Translations under genes and position numbers: made by a program
Shown: positions 28,568 to 37,803 of the stretch, piece by piece
Layout: the number at the start of each line of letters is the position of its first letter
Numbering within the stretch: position 1 is the first letter of the stretch
IMG/VR virus record: IMGVR_UViG_2687453461_000002
Reading direction: 5' to 3' (one strand)
Source: a virus
Lineage: Duplodnaviria; Caudoviricetes
DNA: 64,000 bases
Notes under the pieces: model-generated
Seen by the model: the letters and a program-made list of their open reading frames with translations, nothing else
What the model was told of the DNA's origin: nothing
Database searches by the model: none

Positions 28568-29515
28568 TTAAGGCGCGGACAGGTCGATCAGAACGCCGGC
28601 AGTGACCTTGTCGCTGGTGGCGTACTTGGTCCAGTTGGCACCGGTGCCGATCGCAGCCAGGTTCGGGTTCACCCCACCGGTGGCGTCCTTCCAGCTGTAG
28701 CCGAGCAGGTCCAGGTTGAAGGTGCCCTCAGCGCGGAAGCCCATCGCCAAGTTTTCCTGGGTGTTGATGGGGTACGAACGGAAGCCCGGAGCCTGCGACT
28801 CAGTGATTTTGATTGCCCCAGCCTGCAGGCCGAAGATGGTTTCGGTCGGGATGGTGTCCGACACCAAAACAGGCTTACCCATGGTGCCGGGCTGGCCACC
28901 GTAGATAACCACGCCGGCTTCTTCGTAAACCTTCTCAGTGATGGCCTGGTCGACCATGTCGAAGTAGGTCGCCGAGTCCATGGTCCATAGCGCAATGCGA
29001 CCGAAGCGGTCGCCGAACTTGCGCATGCCCTTGGTCAGCGCCTTCTTGCCATCAGTGGCAAAGCTGGCCTTGGTAACCATATTGGGGTTGGCACCGATGG
29101 AAGCCTTCAGCGCGGCCATGGCGTACTGGATGTAGCCTTCCAGCACTGCATCGGCGTAGTCCTGGCCCACCAGCTCGGAGAACTCTTCCGGCGAGCGAGC
29201 GCGACGTTTGAAGGCCTCCTCGGTGGTCTCGTAAGGACCGTACTTGAACGGCACCTTCACACCGACCATTTCGCCGGAGCCGATCTTCTGGCCGGCAACC
29301 GCGGCTGTCGAGTTCACGTCGCGGTGAGCGATGGATCCGCCGAGCTTGTAGAAAGCACGCTTGCGCAGGTCGCCTTCGATCAGTTCGTTGTCCAGCACCA
29401 GGGCGCCGTTGGAAGAGGCGTTGAAGATGTCGATCACATCCTGGATGCGCTCCAGGTAAGCGGTTTGGGCAAGATCGTTGTAGACGATCATGTCCGAGGT
29501 GACGGTAGTCGCCAT
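28568..29515 (-). CDS. major capsid protein
   Basis: 315 aa after the scaffold; GKPVLVSD, LLGYSW. Confidence 0.88.
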   Translation of the reverse strand: MATTVTSDMIVYNDLAQTAYLERIQDVIDIFNASSNGALVLDNELIEGDLRKRAFYKLGGSIAHRDVNSTAAVAGQKIGSGEMVGVKVPFKYGPYETTEEAFKRRARSPEEFSELVGQDYADAVLEGYIQYAMAALKASIGANPNMVTKASFATDGKKALTKGMRKFGDRFGRIALWTMDSATYFDMVDQAITEKVYEEAGVVIYGGQPGTMGKPVLVSDTIPTETIFGLQAGAIKITESQAPGFRSYPINTQENLAMGFRAEGTFNLDLLGYSWKDATGGVNPNLAAIGTGANWTKYATSDKVTAGVLIDLSAP

Positions 29516-29526
29516 GGGTTACTCCA

Positions 29527-30243
29527 TTATTTGGGCAATTTCAGGTAGGCGTCCTGGCCGTTTGCAGTGATGAACTCACGCTTGGCGACAGAGGACATTT
29601 CGGAACGTTTCAGAGCGGCCCCACCGCCATTTCCAGCACCGCCGGCCCCGCCGCCAGATGCCTTGCTGCCTGCGATCAGAGGACCGAACGCAGGGTCTTT
29701 CGTGAATTCACTCTTCAGCTCTTCCAGCGTAGTGGCGGAGAGCTTGCCGGCTTGGTCCAGCACTACGACAGTTGGCTTGCCGTCGCGCTGCTCGACGCTC
29801 AAGCGACGTTCGATATGGGGAAGCAGTGCCTTGGCGCTGCCTGGGATGGCTAGAGTGGTTGCGATCTCGGTAGCAGTACGCCCTACGGTCAGATCCCGGA
29901 TCTGACCTTGCAGGGTGTTGCGCTCCGACTCGAGCTGGCCATTCAGCTCTGCCTCGCGGCGGCTGTATTTCTCGGACCAGGATTTTTCGAGTTCTTCAAC
30001 GTTGCCCGATTTGCGCAGTGCTTCTTCACGCTCCAGGCGAGCCTGTTCTTCAGCTGCCTTGCGCTTGTCGGCTTCTGATTTCTTCTCGGCCAGCAGTTCT
30101 TCAACCTTCGATTTCAGGCCGGAAACGTCTTCAGGCTGAGGCAACCCCTCGATGCCGAGGACATACTTGCCCTCTTTCTCGGTGTAAAAAGCGCGCACGG
30201 ATTCGTCTACCCCTTCCAGGGTATCCAGTTGGAATTTCAGCAT
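29527..30243 (-). CDS. capsid scaffolding protein
   Basis: charged coiled coil, Gly-rich linker. Confidence 0.8.
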   Translation of the reverse strand: MLKFQLDTLEGVDESVRAFYTEKEGKYVLGIEGLPQPEDVSGLKSKVEELLAEKKSEADKRKAAEEQARLEREEALRKSGNVEELEKSWSEKYSRREAELNGQLESERNTLQGQIRDLTVGRTATEIATTLAIPGSAKALLPHIERRLSVEQRDGKPTVVVLDQAGKLSATTLEELKSEFTKDPAFGPLIAGSKASGGGAGGAGNGGGAALKRSEMSSVAKREFITANGQDAYLKLPK

Positions 30244-30405
30244 GGGTTGTCTCCCAGAGACGTAGGTGCAGGCCCTGCCTGCAGAAAGACACCGCGTTGA
30301 GCGGCTGAGTGATTAGTGACCTGATGTCAGAGTTGCAATTTCCATAATTCTAGAGATGATGCGTCCGAAAATTTCACCCCCTCTGAAACAAGGACGTGCC
30401 TGTAA

Positions 30406-30987
30406 ATGTGCTGGAAAGAAATTACCGAAATTGTGGGTAGCAACCTTCCTGATGCTAATTTAGTCGCTGCTATGGCCGGGGCAGCCTCAGCCCTTGCTGC
30501 TTTCTGGACCATACGGCACGCCTCGAAAGCCAGGGAAAATGAGCGCTACCTGGGTTACGCAGTAACTACCCTTGAACGAGCGTTCTCTGCATTAGTTGGT
30601 CAAAGCACGGTAGATGAATTGCCACCATCCGATCGCATCGGTTGGCTTACGGCTGCACGTTTGATTGAGGAGTACAAGTCAGCAAAAACTCGCATCAAGG
30701 ATCGAGTAATCCTCCAAGAATGCGAAAGCCACGAGGACCACTGGAGGCACCAGTTTTACCTTCGACTTGCACCTCTCTCAATTGGAAGGGTTGCTTATTA
30801 TTCCGAGGGCTCAGATTCCATCGATCCGACTTCTGCGATCGTCGTTCACGCCTTCGCAAGCTGGCCGGAGAACAAGCTTGATCCCATAAAACGCTATAGA
30901 ACCTACAACGAAGCGCTCGAGAAGCTTCAAATTCACCCTAAATGGGCGAGCCTCAAATGGTATGTAAACAATTACAAACAAGATTAA
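30406..30987 (+). CDS. hypothetical antisense moron with N-terminal TM
   Basis: 193 aa, lower GC, between minor head and scaffold genes. Confidence 0.7.
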   Translation: MCWKEITEIVGSNLPDANLVAAMAGAASALAAFWTIRHASKARENERYLGYAVTTLERAFSALVGQSTVDELPPSDRIGWLTAARLIEEYKSAKTRIKDRVILQECESHEDHWRHQFYLRLAPLSIGRVAYYSEGSDSIDPTSAIVVHAFASWPENKLDPIKRYRTYNEALEKLQIHPKWASLKWYVNNYKQD

Positions 30988-30999
30988 TACCAAGCCTTT

Positions 31000-32091
31000 C
31001 TACCCGGGACCGAAAACCCGCTCGAACGCCAGAGGCTCAAGAACTTTCATCTGCACAAGCGTTAGCGGTGAAAAGTTGCGATCAAGCTGCAGCTCAGAGA
31101 ATCGCTCAATGCTCAGGCCACCATCGCGGAGTAACTTGGCGCGTTTCGAGCCTATCGCCTTGTCCTGGAACGTAGCCGGCTGCTGCTTGAGCCACTCGTA
31201 ATAGCTAAGGTCGGCCCTTACCTGCTGCGGGCCATCCTCACCGACAGACGCTCGCGTGGCACCCTCGGCAAACATTGCGCTGAAGCGAGTCACAGCCACT
31301 ACTGTCGATCGGCAGTTGATGTGGATCGGCGGCCGGGGGCCCTCTGTCAACTTGAACCGGCGCTTATCGAGCGTCCGGCACTGGCTGGTGGTCTTTGAAT
31401 CCAAGGTGCTGACCCACTCCACGGCCTGGACGACGTCGGGGTTCTCTTTCAGCGTCTCCATGCGCGCCTGGGTGGCGACGTGCTGCACTGCCGTCCGCAC
31501 AATGGCACCAGCGTTGCGGTTGGTCGTGGCCAAGATGCCGTCGTTGTAGTTGAGCACCTTGGTCCCGCGAATGTTCTTGATGATCTGGAAGTTGGTCTGG
31601 CCTTCGAAGAAGCCCTGCCGGATCGCGCCCGTGAGGCGCTGCCGCTCGGTGACGGTGAAGCCATCAATGAACGACTTCAGCAACTTGCCGCCGTCCACGC
31701 CGCGCACACTGAGCGGATTGGAGAGGATCGCCGTCCTGATCGCTGCAGCGCCTGGGACAGCAGCCTCAAAGGACACACCCACCGGTGCCGCCCGGGTCAG
31801 GCTGGTAGCCTCGAACTGCGCCTCATAGTTGGCGATGTCGACCAGGTCCAGGTTCAGCTTCTCGCTGTACCGGTCAAAGATGCCCAGCAACAGGCTGTCG
31901 ACCTCCTGCAGCAGCACCTCAAGGCGCCGAGCGGTGTACTCAGTGAGGTCCGCGCGTGCCAGGCGGTCACGGATCGATCTGTCGATCTCCTTGAGAAAGG
32001 GGCCGAACTTCTCGACCTCTCCCGACTTCAGCTGTTCGAGGAAGACAGCGTGTCGGATGGTGGCATCAAGGATCGCTTGGTTTGCCGCCAT
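31000..32091 (-). CDS. minor head protein (SPP1 gp7/Mu F family)
   Basis: WVSTLDSKT..C..PPIHINCRS. Confidence 0.88.
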   Translation of the reverse strand: MAANQAILDATIRHAVFLEQLKSGEVEKFGPFLKEIDRSIRDRLARADLTEYTARRLEVLLQEVDSLLLGIFDRYSEKLNLDLVDIANYEAQFEATSLTRAAPVGVSFEAAVPGAAAIRTAILSNPLSVRGVDGGKLLKSFIDGFTVTERQRLTGAIRQGFFEGQTNFQIIKNIRGTKVLNYNDGILATTNRNAGAIVRTAVQHVATQARMETLKENPDVVQAVEWVSTLDSKTTSQCRTLDKRRFKLTEGPRPPIHINCRSTVVAVTRFSAMFAEGATRASVGEDGPQQVRADLSYYEWLKQQPATFQDKAIGSKRAKLLRDGGLSIERFSELQLDRNFSPLTLVQMKVLEPLAFERVFGPG

Positions 32092-33529
32092 CGCCAGGCC
32101 CTCCGGTCAGGTCATCCAGTTGCGGGCCCGCTTCAGCAGTCTGCAGCTCATCCCGGATTTCATCGTCGGTCTTCTCCGGGTCGATGACGCCGCGGTCGCG
32201 CAGGTACTGCCAGAAGTCAGCCTCAGGCAGCCGGCCGCCCTGCACAGCGTTGAACAATGCAGAAAGGATCGCAGGGTCGAGGCTGATCTGCGTGAAGTCC
32301 TGGTTCAGCTTGTAGAGCGATTCGCCGGCGACGTTCAGGAACTCGCCCATCCATTCCAGGCACTGCGAATAGGCCTCGCTGACGTTGCTCACGATCAAGG
32401 ACAACACACTGTGCTCGGCGGCGCTGTCGTTGTCGGCCTGAGTGGCTGTCTTCACCGCGCTGCTACGCTCGATCAGCCTGGCGCCGAGGGCGATCAACTG
32501 ATCTTCCTTGGCATCCATGGCCTCCTTGATCATGGTGTTGGCCTGGGCCTGGAGAATGCCGGCTGTGCCGTTCTGGGGCAGCGGCAGAATGGCCCGGGAA
32601 CCGAAGTAGATCCCCTTCTCTTCCAGCATCTTCACCCACTGCTCATCAAGGCCAGCCATGTACACCTGTGGCTGGCCCATCAGGTAAGCCGCGTCCTCGT
32701 AGTCAGCGCTGTTGCGGTAATGCCCGATGTTGATCTCGGCCATGTCGTACAGCGGGGAGTCGTCGATGCTTGCGTCGTTGTTCTCGCTTCCCAGGAACTG
32801 GAAAGGGATCACCCTCCACCGCTGGCCTGCGCCGTTCAACGGGGTGAAAGGTGCTATGACCATCGAGGTCTGACCAGAGCCCTCCTCCCACACCTCCTGG
32901 GTGTAGTTCCCATCCGCATCCAGACGTAGCACGCGATACTGGGTTACCTGCTTGCTGCCGAAGCCATCATCAGTGTCGACATCGACCTTCTCCTCCAGCA
33001 CCACCAGGCTCAGCAGGTGCTGGCCACCTACCTTGCGAGTCTTCCAGTTCTTGATCGCTTCCGTTGGGTAGCTGCTGATCGTCGAACGGACACGGCCAGA
33101 CGCCATATCGGCAACACTCACGGCCTGACCATCAACTTGCGGGTAATCCACCAACAGCCCGTGACGCCCTACCTCAAGCAGATGCCCAATCACTGACTGG
33201 GACTGCTGATAGATGCTCACGCCCTGGCCATCGACATCCTTGGCCACGTAATCGAGCGCGCCCGGCACCGTCAGCGTCGGCCAGGTACGGAACACAGCGC
33301 CCACCAGGCTGTGCTTGGTCCGGCCGGTGGCGTTGTAGAACACGGCCCGCTGCTTGTAGCTGTCGTAGCGCTCCCGATTCTCCCTGCTCGTATCATGAGC
33401 ATTGGGGCGCGGCAGGTATCGTTCGCCGGCGGCCTTGATGGTTTCTGAGCCCTTGCAGACGTCACGCACCAAGCGCCAGCGATTTCGCGCCGCGTCGTAC
33501 TCGGGGCGAGTGAAAGTGACGTCTGTCAT
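32066..33529 (-). CDS. portal protein (DUF4055 type)
   Basis: YLPRP..RAVFYNATGRT, NIGHYRNSADYE; follows TerL. Confidence 0.88.
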   Translation of the reverse strand: MTDVTFTRPEYDAARNRWRLVRDVCKGSETIKAAGERYLPRPNAHDTSRENRERYDSYKQRAVFYNATGRTKHSLVGAVFRTWPTLTVPGALDYVAKDVDGQGVSIYQQSQSVIGHLLEVGRHGLLVDYPQVDGQAVSVADMASGRVRSTISSYPTEAIKNWKTRKVGGQHLLSLVVLEEKVDVDTDDGFGSKQVTQYRVLRLDADGNYTQEVWEEGSGQTSMVIAPFTPLNGAGQRWRVIPFQFLGSENNDASIDDSPLYDMAEINIGHYRNSADYEDAAYLMGQPQVYMAGLDEQWVKMLEEKGIYFGSRAILPLPQNGTAGILQAQANTMIKEAMDAKEDQLIALGARLIERSSAVKTATQADNDSAAEHSVLSLIVSNVSEAYSQCLEWMGEFLNVAGESLYKLNQDFTQISLDPAILSALFNAVQGGRLPEADFWQYLRDRGVIDPEKTDDEIRDELQTAEAGPQLDDLTGGPGDGGKPSDP

Positions 33530-34827
33530 CGGGCAAATCCCATGTTCAGCGAGGTGATCGGCTTAACGATCGGGAACTCTTTGTGGATGAAGTACCCGCC
33601 GGCATCGTTGGCGTGGTCGTTTCCTTGTGACTTGTCGGGCTCGCCATTGGGCGCCCATACCTGCTGCTCCAGGCCGTCGGCGTAGGTCGGGCAGGTAAAC
33701 GGGTTCACCAGGTAACGCCGCTCGCCCTGCGCATTGCAGAACATGGCGTTCATGGCGTTGATACGATCCTTGACTGGCGGGTTGGCCGCCGGCGCGATGA
33801 CCGAGAAGCCGGCCTGCTTGAGCATGGCGATGTCCGTCATGCTGGCGTTGACCGACTTGCGCGAGTCGCCCGAAGCGTCCGGGTAGATCCTGATCTCGCA
33901 CGTCTTCTTGAAGTCGTTGCCGTCGTGCTGCCAGTAGCGCTCCTTGATGCGGCGGATCATGTCCGGCGTGTCGTAGCCATCGATCAGCTCATCGACCGCT
34001 CTGGGCAGCCCCTGGCCGCGTTTGACGTGCGTGATCGCCGCCATCTTGCCGACGTTGAAGTCCATCCCGATAAACAGAGGCTCGCCAGCCTGGACCGTGT
34101 CGAAGCACTGGTTCAGCTTCCGGTCGTAGGCGTGGTAGATCGACCCCGACGTCAGGTTGACGAATTGGCCGTTTAGGTAGGCCCTGATCAGTTGCTCGGG
34201 GTACGACTCCATCAGCGACGGGATGTAGTCGTCTGGCAGATTCAGCTCGTTGTCGAAGGTGCTGGCCTGGACCAGGCCATACATCTCCTTGAGCGCCGGC
34301 TTGTCGCGAAGTTGCTTCACGAACTGCTGGAAGACGAACTTGAAGCCCTCGGGCGTCGTGGTGACGTCTACCCCGTTCTTCAGGCCCGGCAGGTTGTAGC
34401 GCATCCGGGCAATGATCTTGCGCCAGGCCTGCTGTGCCTTGATCGACGTCAGCACGTCCAGCTCATCCACCAGGGCGTGGCCGATCTTGAAGCCGACGAT
34501 GGTCTGGGGCTTCTCCATCGACCGGCAGATCACAGTGCCGCGGCATTGCCGGCCGCTGTAGATGTGAACCTCATGGTTCGCCTGGTTGATCTTGGTCTTC
34601 AGCCCCCAGTCATAGGCCACTTCATCCATGGTCGGATAGAAGATGTCCCGGATCTGCGGATAGGTTGGCGCGAAGTATCCAGCGTTGACGCCGGGCCACT
34701 CCATGAAGTGCTTGCTCAGCGCGGAACAGCCTACCCAGGTCTTCCCCGACCCGAAGCCGGCAACAAAGGCGCGGAATTTATGGGGCAGCGTGAGGAACTG
34801 AGCCTGGGGTATGTTAAGGCTGGGCAT
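33526..34827 (-). CDS. terL: terminase large subunit
   Basis: Walker A AGFGSGKT, LVDE, GMDFN, DHANDA. Confidence 0.93.
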   Translation of the reverse strand: MPSLNIPQAQFLTLPHKFRAFVAGFGSGKTWVGCSALSKHFMEWPGVNAGYFAPTYPQIRDIFYPTMDEVAYDWGLKTKINQANHEVHIYSGRQCRGTVICRSMEKPQTIVGFKIGHALVDELDVLTSIKAQQAWRKIIARMRYNLPGLKNGVDVTTTPEGFKFVFQQFVKQLRDKPALKEMYGLVQASTFDNELNLPDDYIPSLMESYPEQLIRAYLNGQFVNLTSGSIYHAYDRKLNQCFDTVQAGEPLFIGMDFNVGKMAAITHVKRGQGLPRAVDELIDGYDTPDMIRRIKERYWQHDGNDFKKTCEIRIYPDASGDSRKSVNASMTDIAMLKQAGFSVIAPAANPPVKDRINAMNAMFCNAQGERRYLVNPFTCPTYADGLEQQVWAPNGEPDKSQGNDHANDAGGYFIHKEFPIVKPITSLNMGFAR

Positions 34828-35275
34828 CCGGCTTCCTCGCATCCACCACGTCGACCTGGATGCGGGTCGGGATCAGCGGCTCGTCGTCCGGCTCTTCCTT
34901 GCGGGCCCGGTTGACGTACATATCCCCGCACTCCTTGGCGGCCTGCTCGTAAAGCTGGGCAGTCAGGGCAAGGTTGCGCATGCTCTCGGCCTTTTCGGCC
35001 ATCCTGGCCAAGCCGCGGAGGCGAAACGCGCGGTTGGCGATAGGGATATCTGCCGTGTCCTCTCGGAAGCGCTTGCGGGTATCTTCAAACAACTGCTTCC
35101 ACTTAACCGCGAGCCCTTTCCCGGACACCTTCGTCGGGTCATGAGATTCAATTTGCTGGCGGGTGATAGACAGGCCGAATTCCTTTTGGACCGACTCGAC
35201 TACCTGGGAAGGCGTATCGAAGCAGGCCAAGGCCTGAATTACGAAGACCTTCACCTCACTTGATAGGGCTGCCAT
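34814..35275 (-). CDS. terS: terminase small subunit (DUF2280)
   Basis: LACFDTPSQV, IPIANRAFRL. Confidence 0.85.
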   Translation of the reverse strand: MAALSSEVKVFVIQALACFDTPSQVVESVQKEFGLSITRQQIESHDPTKVSGKGLAVKWKQLFEDTRKRFREDTADIPIANRAFRLRGLARMAEKAESMRNLALTAQLYEQAAKECGDMYVNRARKEEPDDEPLIPTRIQVDVVDARKPDAQP

Positions 35276-35305
35276 AGGCGTTCATCCGTCCAAACCTGTC
35301 CAAAA

Positions 35306-35929
35306 TCAGGCCGACTTGAGCAGACAGGTTCCGCAGGCCCTCGATATGTTCAATTTCCCCACCTCAGCAGGATTGTTTGCAGCGTCTACCAGCGCCTGAA
35401 CGTCAGGGCTCGCACCATAGCGGCGGACCACACCGACGAACTCTTCGACGTCATGGCCGCGTAGCTTCAGTTTGGGCGCGCCTTCCTGGGTGAAGGCAGG
35501 CTGGCCGTACTTATCGGTCGCCTGGGCAATGTGGTAGAGCTCATGCTCTATCAGCGCACAGAAGTCAGCGTCGGAACACTGAGCGCAGTAGTCGGCCGCA
35601 AGGGTGATGATGAAGGCCGGCACATCGCCGAACCAATCACGCATCTGTTGCTCCATCCGAGCCTTCTGCCAGCCACCGGCGCGGAACGCCACCTGCTCAG
35701 CCTGACCCAGGACTATGCGGCCCTGCTTCTCGAAGCTCGACGATGCCCACATGACCTGGATGTCTGCATCCAGTAGGTGGGCATGGTCTTCGTTGTGGAT
35801 GCTGCCGGTGTCGGCAAGGATCTCGGCCTGGAGCCATTCCCACACTTCAGGGGCTGGAGTCAGGCGAATACCGAAGCCGGAGAGATCGGACAGCTCAAGC
35901 AGCGATGCTGGAGGGCTAGGTCTGTCCAC
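35306..35929 (-). CDS. putative phage metallopeptidase
   Basis: HELYH (HExxH) and HDVEEF. Confidence 0.8.
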   Translation of the reverse strand: MDRPSPPASLLELSDLSGFGIRLTPAPEVWEWLQAEILADTGSIHNEDHAHLLDADIQVMWASSSFEKQGRIVLGQAEQVAFRAGGWQKARMEQQMRDWFGDVPAFIITLAADYCAQCSDADFCALIEHELYHIAQATDKYGQPAFTQEGAPKLKLRGHDVEEFVGVVRRYGASPDVQALVDAANNPAEVGKLNISRACGTCLLKSA

Positions 35930-36001
35930 GGATCACCTGAAACTTGAAATAGTGGCGGGTTGACGGTATTGGTGAGTTTCAACTAATGCAAGGAAGTAAA
36001 A

Positions 36002-36205
36002 ATGTCCGAGATTTCGAAAAACGTCTTGAATTCAGGCTTGGTAAAGGGTCAAGACGCTCATTACCGCTCTCACGCAGTTGCGGCTGCTCTTGAAGTAATC
36101 GCCATCGCCGTCGCTGGCACCGGTGACGCCAACAGACTTGCGAGCGAAATGGCCAAGCTCTCCGAATATGCCGATTTGATTCAGGAGGCAGTCAAGGTCA
36201 AATGA
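36002..36205 (+). CDS. small antisense hypothetical protein
   Basis: AAGGAAG RBS; TTGAAA-N17-TATTGG upstream. Confidence 0.55.
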   Translation: MSEISKNVLNSGLVKGQDAHYRSHAVAAALEVIAIAVAGTGDANRLASEMAKLSEYADLIQEAVKVK

Positions 36206-36236
36206 TATTCTCGTGCCGCACTCACCTGCGGCACAC

Positions 36237-36491
36237 CTACCCTTCCCCGCCATCCAGCAGCACATCGATTAGCTTCTGCTCACCCAGGCGCATCGCACCC
36301 AAGCACTGCAGGTCGTCGCACTTGGGGCCAAGCCCAAACACCGTCACCTCGCCTTTCGGCCCCATGAGGGTCAGCGCGCCTACAGTGCATTCGGGATGCA
36401 CACCGGCATCGAGGTCATCTGCGATCTTGCGCAGGGTCTTGGCTGCATCGCGCCAGCCCTCCCGCTTGAACTCGACGAGCTTTGCAGTCAT
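36237..36491 (-). CDS. hypothetical phage protein
   Basis: translationally coupled chain. Confidence 0.65.
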   Translation of the reverse strand: MTAKLVEFKREGWRDAAKTLRKIADDLDAGVHPECTVGALTLMGPKGEVTVFGLGPKCDDLQCLGAMRLGEQKLIDVLLDGGEG

Positions 36492-36679
36492 GCCTTCACC
36501 ATGTTATGGGTCTGTGCGTGGGCGTGCCCGTGCAGCTCGGCGACGATCAGGCCCTGAGGCAGGCCAGCAGCCTTGGCAGCGTCAATGGCCTTGGCGATCG
36601 TGCTATCCAGTTCGGTAAGCGCTTTATTGATGTCCTGGCCCATGGGAAGCGCGTGGCGCAGGCGAGTGACTTTACCCAT
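36488..36679 (-). CDS. hypothetical phage protein
   Basis: translationally coupled chain. Confidence 0.65.
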   Translation of the reverse strand: MGKVTRLRHALPMGQDINKALTELDSTIAKAIDAAKAAGLPQGLIVAELHGHAHAQTHNMVKA

Positions 36680-37034
36680 GAAGGCGTTGCTTCAGTTCGT
36701 AGCCCATCAGCGGCCAGATCTTTTGCTCGGCGTTGGCTCGGGCGATCTTGCGGCCGATCTCGGCGTCGAAGTTCTCGGGGCTGGCACAGGCCGACTCGCC
36801 GGTGACGGTGAAACCGTTGCGCAGCACCAGAACACAGAAGGTCAATAGAGCCAACTCGCCGTGCGCACCAGTGAGCCGGGTCAGCTCATCCTGCTCATTG
36901 AAGGCAGCCTGGACACCATTGGCAGCAGTGAAGAAGTACTCGCCAACAATGTTGGCCTGCAGGTCCGCGGGCGTGATACGTGGTGCGGTCAGGCCCTTTG
37001 CCAGGATTTCCTGCTCGATTGCTTGGTCGCTCAT
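36672..37034 (-). CDS. N4 gp49/Sf6 gp66 family protein
   Basis: LTAPRITP..TFCVLVLRNGFTVTGESACASPENFDAEIG..IWPLMGY. Confidence 0.85.
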   Translation of the reverse strand: MSDQAIEQEILAKGLTAPRITPADLQANIVGEYFFTAANGVQAAFNEQDELTRLTGAHGELALLTFCVLVLRNGFTVTGESACASPENFDAEIGRKIARANAEQKIWPLMGYELKQRLHG

Positions 37035-37090
37035 GGTGACTCCTCATGATTGTGCGCCACGATTTGGCGCATTAGAAAACGTGGCGCGGA

Positions 37091-37414
37091 TCAGCCCTCG
37101 GCCTTACGGCTCATGAACCGATCGGAGTAGTCCCGCAGCTTCTCTACTCCAACAAAGCCGACCATGCAGCCAGCGAAGGTGGCCAGGTTGGCCGGCAGCG
37201 TGAAGTACTCAAGCAACGGAATAAGGCTGGAACCGATCAGGCCGCAGATGACAGCTTCCAGCACCATCTTGCGTCTGCTGCCGCCGCCATAGATCACGCG
37301 GAATATGGCAACAATGGCGGCCGTACCACCTGCATAGATCTGTGGCTGATGGGCCGCAAACCATGCCAGCGCTGCCGCCCATAGGTCGGGGTTCTTTTCT
37401 GGCATTTTGGCCAT
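37091..37414 (-). CDS. holin (lambda S-like)
   Basis: three TMs, MAKMPEK dual-start-like N-terminus, VGFVGVEKLR. Confidence 0.85.
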   Translation of the reverse strand: MAKMPEKNPDLWAAALAWFAAHQPQIYAGGTAAIVAIFRVIYGGGSRRKMVLEAVICGLIGSSLIPLLEYFTLPANLATFAGCMVGFVGVEKLRDYSDRFMSRKAEG

Positions 37415-37445
37415 CTCTGTTCCTCCCTTTCGGGGAGCGCAAATG

Positions 37446-37472
37446 AAAAAGCCCCGGCGAATGCCAGGGCTT
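37446..37472 (-). terminator. intrinsic terminator after the bacteriocin/immunity pair
   Basis: GC-rich hairpin followed by a T-run on the minus strand. Confidence 0.6.
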
Positions 37473-37500
37473 AAGGGGAGGACATACGCCGTAGGAACCT

Positions 37501-37803
37501 CTACCTGCCGGTGATCTCTAGCCGCCCATCACAGCTCAAAAGAGCCTGAAACTTTTGACCATCCAAATCAAAAGGCACCATCCACCAGTTGTTGTGGTCG
37601 TCGTAGGTTGCCGTTCCGACCAAGCGGAAGCTTTCTGCAGCAACAGGTAGATTTTGATCAAGATAATGCTGTTTCAATGAAGCAGAAAAAAAACTTTGCT
37701 CCGCTGCAGGGCAGACACCTACACCCTTTTTATTATCGCATCCATGAAGGGAAACCATGAGTGCCGCTGCACTCAGCAAGACAGCAATGGGCCTCAACAT
37801 CAT
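37501..37803 (-). CDS. putative bacteriocin immunity lipoprotein (Cmi/YebF-like)
   Basis: lipobox LHGC, Cys pair, WMVPF..FQALLSC pattern; starts directly after the toxin stop. Confidence 0.7.
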   Translation of the reverse strand: MMLRPIAVLLSAAALMVSLHGCDNKKGVGVCPAAEQSFFSASLKQHYLDQNLPVAAESFRLVGTATYDDHNNWWMVPFDLDGQKFQALLSCDGRLEITGR

